Below are positions 7,989 through 16,200 of a stretch of DNA of 36,289 nt, piece by piece (the first letter of the stretch is position 1; each line of letters starts with the position of its first letter). Both the position numbers and the translations under genes were made by a program. The notes beneath the pieces were generated by a model. The model did not search any database, had not been told where the DNA came from, and was given only the letters and a program-made list of their open reading frames with translations. The stretch comes from Clostridia bacterium (lineage in GTDB: Bacteria; Bacillota; Clostridia; Oscillospirales; RGIG8002), in contig JAFTEJ010000072.1 in assembly GCA_017453725.1 (NCBI GenBank), forward strand, positions 1 through 36,289, written 5' to 3'.

Positions 7989-10900
7989 TTATGCGATGTC
8001 CGCAACAAAGCCGCTGACGGAAATCACGCCGTTGGCGTCGACAACGCCCTGCGCACTCATGACCTCGCCGTCGGCGAAGAACCAGACGGTGTAGGTCTCG
8101 CCGGCGCGGCTCGGGCTGAGCTGAGCGCTGAGGGTCAGCGTGCCGGCGTAGCAGCGGCTTTCGAACGTAACGCTCTTGAAGAGGACGAGGTTGTTGCCCT
8201 CGCTGTCTCTCGCGGCGCGGAGCAGCGCAAGGTAGGAAGGCTTGCCGGCCTTGACTTCCTCAACCTTCACAACGGGGTCGATGCCGATATAGAACTCGCC
8301 GGTCAGCGAGATTCCGGAGGCGGCGTCAGCCACGGTGCATTCCTCGGTGTTGCTCGCGATGACGACCGTGACGTTAACGGTGACGGTCTTGTAGCACTCG
8401 GCGTCGGCCGGAGTGAAGACTGCCGCGAAGGTGCTGCCGGACTGTTCCGCGTCGGGAATCAGATCCGGATCGGCCCAAGCCCAAGCGCCTTCGACGCTCG
8501 CTTCGCCGCCGATGAGCTGCGCGGAGCCGAGCTTGTCGCCGATCATAATGGTAACGTCGGCGGGGTTGACGGAGATGACCGGAGTCGCCTTGTCAATCGC
8601 GGCGGTGGGTTCGCTGACGAGCGTTCCCTCGTAGTTCGCGGCGGTGACGGAAACGGTCAGGGCCGTGCCGATGTCGCTCGCGACGACGGTGTATTCGGAG
8701 CCGGTGCCGACTTCCTCTTCGCCGTTGCTCCAGACGTATGTCAGCTCGCCGGGCTCGTCGCCGATGCCGGTGACTGCCGCGGTCAGGGTCGCGCCGAACA
8801 CGGCTTCGCCCTCGATTGCGACTTCACCCGTAACGGGAGCCTTCGCGGTCTTTACGACCAGCGGCGTGGACGGCGCGGAGGGGTTGTATCCGCCGATGGC
8901 GGCGACTCTCGCGTAGAAGGTGTATTCGGTGTTGGCTTCGAGTCCGGTATACTCGGTGACGCCGGACCACTCGCCGTCCTCGCCCATTCTGTATTCGATG
9001 CTGTCGGGACCGAGATTCAGCGTGATGCTGTTATAGGTGACCGAAGCGACGGTCGGAGCCGCGGGGGCTTCCGGAGTCGCGGCGGCAACGAGTCCCGCGG
9101 CGGCGTCCGCGATCTGAGCGGCGGTGGCGTCCTTGTTGTAGTAAACAGTCATAGCGTCGGCGTATCCGTCGAGGCCGAGGTCCTTATACTGAACGAGCGC
9201 GGTCTTCAGCGCGGCGCGGTCGATGCCTTCGTAGAGGATGACCTGCCAGCCGTAGATGTCCTTGTTGACGTTGGCGTAAAGCTCAAAGACGCCGTACTTC
9301 GCCTTTTCCCTGATCTGCTCCTTGGTCCAGTCGCCGTACCAGTCGCCGTTACCGCCCTCAACGATTTCATCCATATAGTAGGTGAAGTAACCGTCGACGT
9401 ACTGCGGCAGGTGCTGCTTGGTAAGCATACCGCTCCAGTTCTCTTTGCCGACGCCGTCCTTATAAGCGATGGCCATCTGATCCAGCTTGTTGGTGACGGC
9501 GTTCTCGACCTGGAATCTGAACGCGATAATATCGTTGAGCGTATAGCCGCCGAGCATAGCGATGAGGTCTTTCCCATCAAAGGATTCAACCCTACCGAAA
9601 TAGCAGTCAAACTCGTTGAAGCCGGTAGTCAACGGGTCGACCATCTTGGCGGGAACGAAGCCCCAGCTTCCGTTGGTAAGCGAATACTTCATTCCTCTCT
9701 CGGTCTTGACGAAGATGCATCCGCCCTTGTCGTACGCCGGGAACTGATCCATTTCTTCCTGAGTGAAGATGCTGAAGCCGGGGACGTCGACGATCGCGGC
9801 GTCGGGATCCTTGTAGCCGTAAAGAACCTCAAGGATTCTATCGGTCATCTCTTCGTAATCGGAGGTATAGTTCGCGGCGAGCGAAAGCTCGGCAGCCTCC
9901 GCAACGAGGGCGGAATATCTGCCGTCGATATCGAACGCCTGCAGCATGGCAACAGCGGCGGCGAGCTTCTCAGCGTCTTCGGCGGTGGCGTTGTTGAGTT
10001 CCTTGTATCCGCGGAAATCGGAGAAGGTGATGGTCGTTCCGTCTTCGACGCCATAGGCTTCGATGATGAGAACGATAGCCAGATCAAGGTCGTCCTGTGT
10101 GAAGGCCTTGCCCCACCACGCCTTCTCGAAGTAGCTGAACGGGATATTGATATAGCCGTCTTCGGCTACGAATTCGGGCTTGATGCGGAGCGCGTACTGC
10201 TCGAACGAATGTCCGGCGCAGTTGGAGAGACCTATCAGGATTCTCTCAACGGAGCCGTCGGCTTCGAGCTTGAAGCGGATGCCGTCCGCCTTGGAAAGCC
10301 CGGTCGCGTCAAACGCGGGATAGCCGTAGTTGGCTTCGGTGGCGAGCGTTCCGCTGCGGTCCATGTTCTTCCAGCCCATCGACTTGCCCGCGAAACTGTC
10401 AAGCGCGGTCATGGAGAAGTTGTTATCCGCCTCGAAGGAGGTGGTGTTGGTGAAGTCGCCGGCGTTCCAGACGTTCTCCTTGTTCAGGCCGTCGCCGATG
10501 GAATCGCAGAGCTTGACGCTGTTCGCGTCAACGACGTCATTGACGGCAGCGGTCGTCCAGCCATCGAAGAAGTCGGCGGTCGTGCTCTTTGTGGGCAGCG
10601 CGACGAGGCCGGCGTAGGCGGCGTCGAGGAGCACTATCGCACCCGCGGCGTCTTCATCATATATAGCCCACGCCTCGTCGATGGCGGAAAGGAGCGCTTT
10701 GTAGCTCTTCGTGGTGTAGTTGTACTGCCACGCGTTCACGCAGGCGTCAAACGCGGAATATACGTCTTCGTCGGCAAGCTCTTCAAGGATGAGCATTCTG
10801 ACGACTTTGATGTGATAGCGCAGCTCGTCGAGCGTGGCGTTCGGATTCGTATAAGCCGAATCGGCGGCGCTGACTTCACTGTAATGCGCGTAGCCGGAAT

Positions 10901-11843
10901 CGAAGAAGTCGAGATTGTCCGCCATCGTAAGCAGGGCGTCGAGGTCGGTCTTCGCCTTCTCGTAGCCGAACTTGATCTCGTCGATCGCGTCGTTCAGTCT
11001 CGTGGTGATCGCGTCGATTTCGGACTGAGTGTGGCTCTCGGCGTTCTTGTAGGTATCCTCGGCGGTCTCGATGAGGGAGGCGGTGAACTCCGCCTTCTTC
11101 GCGGCCTGGATGGCTCTGCCTAGCTCGGCGCTGTCAACGCTGCCGTAAGCGTGGAAATCGTCGATGTAGAAGGAAAGGCGCTTGCCGGCCATAGAGGCGG
11201 TGTTCTCAAATCTGATCTGGAACTGATCGATTCCGCCGTAGTAGGTATCGGGGATATCCTGGCAGTCACGCCACCAGCCGCCCGCGGCATCGCCGCCGAC
11301 GAATGTAGTGCCGTACCAACCGGTTTTTGCCCATTCGACAACGTAGTAGTCGCCTTCCCTGTCGGCGGCTCTGAAGTCGATGGCGATCTTCTTCGTGGAG
11401 CTGCCGAAGCAGAAGCTGATGCTTCCGTTGAACGCGACGTCGCCGACGTTGACTATCTTGAATTTGAAGCCGAGCTTGTTGGAAAGATCAACGTCGCCGA
11501 AGGGAGAGAGCCCGTCGATGAGGACGTTCTTTCTCCACTGATCGTACTTATCGGCAGTGGCCATATTGCAGTTGTATCCGCCGTAAGCGTCACCGGTAGC
11601 CGGAACGGTAACGTTGAAGATCGTGTGACCTTCTTCGTCCTTCGTAAACTGCCAGTCGCTGCCGTACTCATAGTTGTCCGAGACCCTCTTGGCCATACGG
11701 TCCATCTGAGCGGGCGTGTACTGATTGAAGCCGGGCATCGCCATTTTCACGTATTCGACTGCCGAAGACGTGAAAAGCACGAGTCCGCTTCCCATTGCGA
11801 GCAGCATTGTAACCGCAAGCAATACGCTGAGTAGCTTTTTCAT
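7989..11843 (-). CDS. Large secreted surface protein (1284 aa), paralogue of 1490-7285: three CBM-like modules, FIVAR-like helices, FN3/Ig stalk, same C-terminal domain
   Basis: SD AGGAGG; signal peptide MKKLLSVLLAVTMLLAMGSGLVLFTSSA; one copy of the GWTT...IEAYG repeat; PEAPAAPTV...YTFYARV FN3; C-terminal LLRAA..LVLFK..RAGETYTVWFF matches the paralogue. Confidence 0.9.
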   Translation of the reverse strand: MKKLLSVLLAVTMLLAMGSGLVLFTSSAVEYVKMAMPGFNQYTPAQMDRMAKRVSDNYEYGSDWQFTKDEEGHTIFNVTVPATGDAYGGYNCNMATADKYDQWRKNVLIDGLSPFGDVDLSNKLGFKFKIVNVGDVAFNGSISFCFGSSTKKIAIDFRAADREGDYYVVEWAKTGWYGTTFVGGDAAGGWWRDCQDIPDTYYGGIDQFQIRFENTASMAGKRLSFYIDDFHAYGSVDSAELGRAIQAAKKAEFTASLIETAEDTYKNAESHTQSEIDAITTRLNDAIDEIKFGYEKAKTDLDALLTMADNLDFFDSGYAHYSEVSAADSAYTNPNATLDELRYHIKVVRMLILEELADEDVYSAFDACVNAWQYNYTTKSYKALLSAIDEAWAIYDEDAAGAIVLLDAAYAGLVALPTKSTTADFFDGWTTAAVNDVVDANSVKLCDSIGDGLNKENVWNAGDFTNTTSFEADNNFSMTALDSFAGKSMGWKNMDRSGTLATEANYGYPAFDATGLSKADGIRFKLEADGSVERILIGLSNCAGHSFEQYALRIKPEFVAEDGYINIPFSYFEKAWWGKAFTQDDLDLAIVLIIEAYGVEDGTTITFSDFRGYKELNNATAEDAEKLAAAVAMLQAFDIDGRYSALVAEAAELSLAANYTSDYEEMTDRILEVLYGYKDPDAAIVDVPGFSIFTQEEMDQFPAYDKGGCIFVKTERGMKYSLTNGSWGFVPAKMVDPLTTGFNEFDCYFGRVESFDGKDLIAMLGGYTLNDIIAFRFQVENAVTNKLDQMAIAYKDGVGKENWSGMLTKQHLPQYVDGYFTYYMDEIVEGGNGDWYGDWTKEQIREKAKYGVFELYANVNKDIYGWQVILYEGIDRAALKTALVQYKDLGLDGYADAMTVYYNKDATAAQIADAAAGLVAAATPEAPAAPTVASVTYNSITLNLGPDSIEYRMGEDGEWSGVTEYTGLEANTEYTFYARVAAIGGYNPSAPSTPLVVKTAKAPVTGEVAIEGEAVFGATLTAAVTGIGDEPGELTYVWSNGEEEVGTGSEYTVVASDIGTALTVSVTAANYEGTLVSEPTAAIDKATPVISVNPADVTIMIGDKLGSAQLIGGEASVEGAWAWADPDLIPDAEQSGSTFAAVFTPADAECYKTVTVNVTVVIASNTEECTVADAASGISLTGEFYIGIDPVVKVEEVKAGKPSYLALLRAARDSEGNNLVLFKSVTFESRCYAGTLTLSAQLSPSRAGETYTVWFFADGEVMSAQGVVDANGVISVSGFVADIA

Positions 11844-11904
11844 AATTCTCCTCCTAAAACTAATATAGTCCTTTTGACAGTATCACTTCTGACACTATAT
11901 GGTG

Positions 11905-11933
11905 ATTATATCACATTATTTTAACATTTACAA
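11905..11933 (-). promoter_or_regulatory. sigmaA promoter TTGTAA-N17-TATAAT (TG-extended)
   Basis: Minus strand TTGTAA (11933-11928), 17 bp, TATAAT (11910-11905), about 60 bp upstream of ATG 11843. Confidence 0.75.
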
Positions 11934-12058
11934 CACTTATTTTCAAAGATGATAGAAATATTTTGTAAAATTCGCACATCGCAACACGGAAAGCTGTGTT
12001 TTCGGCATAGCCGCGGCGCGGAAGCGGCAGCGCGGTTGATTCGGCAGGCGGAACCGTC

Positions 12059-12589
12059 CTGTCATTCCGAGGAGCCGCGAACGCGCCTATGAGGAATCCA
12101 CCGGGCAAACGCAGGGCGTTAGGTCTTGGCTCCCTCTGAGGAGGGAACTGTTGAGACTTGCTCCGCAAGTCACGACTGATGGAGAGATAAAGTCAAGCCG
12201 CGATTTCTGCGCGGAGTTTCAGCAGAAACCCGACCGAACGCACCCACGTCTGTCATCCTGAGCGGAGCGACCGCAGAGAGCGCAGTCGAAGGATCCTGAA
12301 GGTAACGGCATTGTAAAAGAAAAAGTGCGCATATGAAAACGTGAGTTGACCTTTCGCTTTCTTGTGCACACTCTTTGTTTTTGTTGTTGCTTTTGTCGGC
12401 GTGCTTCTGCTTTTGTCGGCTAACTTTTCCTTTACGGATCGCTCGTCTTTAAGATCCTTCGACTTCGCGGGCTTCGCCCGCTCCGCTCAGGATGACAGAC
12501 GCCGACTTCGTCGGCGACGCCTCATCCGTCACTCGCGCACTACGTTCGCTCGTGCCGCCTTCCCCTCAAGGGGAAGGCTTTCGACGCCC
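12059..12589. repeat. REP/REPIN-like cluster including a TGTCATCCTGAGC inverted doublet
   Basis: CGTCTGTCATCCTGAGCGGAGCG...AGTCGAAGGATC (12247-12295) is inverted against GATCCTTCGACT...CGCTCCGCTCAGGATGACAGACG (12453-12501) around a ~157-bp spacer; further elements at 12059-12099, 12128-12186 and 12512-12589 match copies at 7725, 1311 and 1211. Confidence 0.85.
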
Positions 12590-12618
12590 GCTCGCATAAG
12601 CAAGGAAGCGGCGCCTTT

Positions 12619-13172
12619 AGGGCGTGCAAATCAGGGATACGCCGGTCTTAAAAAGGATCTTTTCGCGCCGGTCTGCGTTGAAAGCGCTCGGAAACGGCTG
12701 CTGGCCGGCGAGGACAATACGCCTGATAAACGAATAAATCCGGTGCTTTCCGGTTTGTCGTCCTCGGCGGGCGTCAGCCCGCTGTCGTCCTCCGCGCCGG
12801 AAACCCCTCTGATTTCTATCGTTTTCAGGTGCGGAGCAGTTTTGAAAGACGAGAATTATTCTCAGCCGAAGCCGCAAAACGCAGGCAACCCTTCGGTTGT
12901 CAAGGCTTTGCGGCAAAAGATGGGGATAATTCTCCCTTTCAAAACCGTGTTGTCCTCACCGGCAATCAGCCACCAGTATTCCTTCACGCTTTCGCCTTGC
13001 CCGACACAAAAATCTCTCTTTTTAAGATGCGAAGCAGTTTTGAACGAGATATTTATCGTTCAGGCAAAACAACAAAACAGCGGTCATACTTGATGTATGA
13101 TCGCTGTTTTTTGTGAAGCTTGGGCGGGAAATAGCCGTTCAAAAACCGACTTATCCATGATTTGCACGCCCT
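12619..13172. mobile_element. Non-autonomous MITE-like or structured element with 28-bp terminal inverted repeats and nested internal inverted repeats
   Basis: Left end AGGGCGTGCAAATCAGGGATACGCCGGT vs right end (reverse complement) AGGGCGTGCAAATCATGGATAAGTCGGT, 25/28 match; TTT on both flanks; no credible coding capacity. Mobility is inferred, not shown. Confidence 0.6.
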
Positions 13173-13207
13173 TTTGCCGACACAGCGTTAAAAGAACGGT
13201 GAAATCT

Positions 13208-13231
13208 AAGGGCCGTCGATCGACAGCCCTT
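13208..13231 (-). terminator. Hairpin, probable terminator of the 13276-17550 gene
   Basis: AAGGGCCGTCGATCGACAGCCCTT palindrome about 45 bp after the stop; U-tract is weak. Confidence 0.55.
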
Positions 13232-13275
13232 CGATTTTGTAATTATTCGGTCAAGCAAAACTCATCCGTAAACTC

Positions 13276-16200
13276 TTATCGCGGAAGGGTTATAAGACCG
13301 ACCGCCGCGCGAAGAATATAAAGCGCGTCGCCCACGGTCACTTCGCCGTCTTTGTCAATATCGCAGCAAGCGATCATATACGGCGTCTCTTCCTTTATCT
13401 TAGCGGCGATACGCAGGGCGGCCAACGCGTCCGAAACGGTGATTACGCCGTCGCCGTCAGGGTCGCCGAGGACCGCGACCGGGCCCGCGTTGACGGTGAA
13501 GCCGATCGTGATCTCTTTATCGCGGTTGGTAACCTTAAGAACGTATTCGCCCGACTCGCTGACGGTTACTCCGGATCCGACGGACACGCCGTTGAGCTCT
13601 CCCCTGCCGACGTCCCAGGTGATAGTGACGGGCGCGTCATATACGCCGCCGTCCTCAACGCCTGTAACTATGGGCATTTCCGCTTCATCCTGATACGCGA
13701 CAAGGTCGTAATAGTAAACGCCGGTGGTCGTTTTGCCCGCGCCGGTGACGCCGATTATCTCCAACTTTGAAAGGTCGAGCCTTTCGTCTCCGCTGACGCG
13801 CACGAAATCCTTGAACGGCGCGGTGATTTCAGCTTTGTCGGCGCTTATCGATCCGACGTTGAACTTATAGAGCGTATCCCCGTTCTCGCCGGTATAGCCG
13901 ATAAGAATATCGCTGTCGTTGACGTCCTTGGTGGAATAGGTCTTGAATTTCAGCCCGGTATAATCGGTCATGTCGGCGACAAACGGGTTCTTGATAACTT
14001 CGTCTCCGACCTTGTTGCTGAATTCCCACTTTGTGCGCGTTGAGTATACGCAGAGGGCGTTATGGGTAACCCCGGCGTCGGTAACGTCGCGCATCGTGGC
14101 GCGGCAGGTAGTGACGGTCATAAGCGACGTATCCGAAGTCTGCCACGGCTTGAAACCGAAGATCTCGTTATCCTTGAGCGCGACAGCGCAGCGGACCGTT
14201 CTCGCGGCTGCGTCAACGTCCGCCTGATCGGCGGTGTATATCCTCGCGAGTTTCTTATACTTGTTCCTGACGCTTTCGAGGACTCCCCACGAACGGGCGG
14301 AATAATCATCGGGATCCGCCTCGGACGCGGCGAGAAGCGCGGCTTCGAGCTCCGAAACGTCAAGGCTTCCGGTGCCGAGATCCCAGCAAAGCGTATTCGC
14401 CTTCGCGTGGAAGGTTATGCCGTAAACCTTCGTGCCGTCAGCGGCGAAAACGGCGTCATGAACGGCGTTGCACTTCTCCTGTCTGCCGTTGAGAGTGCGG
14501 AGGTATTCGCCGTTCGCGGTGTAAAGTCTGCCGTAGCCGTCAAGGCTCATCAGAAGTATCATCTTGCCGTCCGGAGACCAGCGCGCCGTCGGAACGGCCT
14601 GCATAAAGCCGCCCATTACCGAAACGAGCTTGCCGGAGACGGCGTCAAAGAGTCTGCCGCCGTCGGCGCTTCCGCTGACAAGCAGCCTCGTTCCGTCCGG
14701 CGAGAACTCGCAGGTGCGGATCGAAGCGGAACTGACGTTCGCGGCCTCGTACTTCATCGTCTTGCCGGCGACGTCGTAAACGAATATTTTTCCGCCCTCG
14801 TCGGTCGTTGCGAGCAGCGAGCCGTCCGGAGACCACGCAAGGCCTCTGGCGCAGCGGATATGATCGCTGAAGGAGGCGTATTCGCTCAAGGCGCTGCCGT
14901 TTACTATATTGTATATGATTATCTTCCCGTTCGCGCAGGCGGCGGCAAGCTTGGTGCCGTCCGGCGAAAGCTTCAGGGTTCTGACGTTGCTGCCGGTAAA
15001 CGGGCCTTCGGTCACGGCGCCGCTCGAGGCGTCCATAATATACAGGTATTGCGATACGTCCTTTGAGGGAATAATGCCGGCGTTATCGCCCTCATTGGTG
15101 ATCCTGCCGCCCGCAAAGAGCTTACTGCCGTCCTGATTGAACGCGACCGCCTCTACGTAAAGGTTAGTGGATCTGCCGGTACTGAGTCTCCCGAAGGCGG
15201 GATTCGACAGCACGACGACGTACCCGCCGCGGGACGCCACGGCAAGCTTGCTGCCGTCGTTGCTGAAAAGAAGCTTGGAGATCTCGTTATATCCGCAGCC
15301 GTTACTCCTGAGCAACGAGCCGTCCGACGCGTCGGTGAGGTACGCCGTTCCCCTGTCCGCCGAAGCGACGTATTTGCCGTCCGGAGAGACGTCGAGAGCG
15401 CACATCCAGTTGCTGCCGGTGACCGCTTTCGACGGAGTAAGGATCTCGTCGTCATACGCGGTGACCTCCGAAATCTCGCCGGCGCGTTTGTAAACGCGGA
15501 CGTAATCGACGTACATAAACGTTTCGGCAGCCATATCGCTGTAGACCTGATTGCTGCCGGGTCCCTTGACGGAAACGTTAAGTATAAGATAGTGCGGGTT
15601 ATCGCCGAAGCCCCAGCGCAGCTCGTCGGTCTTCAGCAGCATCGACATATAAAGCATTCCGTCGATATAGCTTCTCGCCTGCGTTTCGTCCCATTCGACC
15701 GTGTAGGTATGATAATCATTCGAGTATTTTTCCTTGTTCTCGTTATATATGGTCGTTCCCTTCGCGGCGTGGATCATATAATCGTTGCTGGTATCACTGC
15801 CGTAGAGGTTGCCCTGATAGGTGAACCAGTGGTTCGTCGCGTAAACCGCGTAAGCGTCGCTGGAGTTATCGTTTATATCGTATTCGACCATATCGAGCTC
15901 TCCGTTGTACGGCCAGTTGCCGTACTGCCCCATCGCCCAGAACGCCGGCCACGAACGTTTGCCGTCCGTCATCTTGGCTCGCATCTCGATCTTGCCGTAG
16001 GTCACGCCGTAGGTGCCTTCGGTGTCGATCCACGCGGATGTGGCGTGATATCCGTTATATTCCTCCTTGGCGGTCCTTATAACGAGATTGCCGTCCTGGA
16101 GGTAAAGGTTGTTTGCGTCGTCGCGGTGATACTGCGGTTCGGTGTCGCCTCTCGTGTGCCCGACGGCGGGGATCCACTTTGTACGGTCAAGCGACGTGCC

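Noticed and set aside
9411-11834. Plus-strand ORFs of 570 and 227 aa, and similar antisense ORFs across 14-34 kb
   Set aside because: Shadows of well-supported minus-strand genes in GC-rich DNA.
12059-13172. CRISPR array
   Set aside because: The repeats are inverted and heterogeneous, not regularly spaced direct repeats with unique spacers; no cas genes.
12362-13321. 243-aa, 99-aa, 95-aa and 74-aa ORFs as a transposase of the inverted-repeat element
   Set aside because: No DDE, HUH or recombinase motif and no SD; they run through repeat and hairpin DNA.
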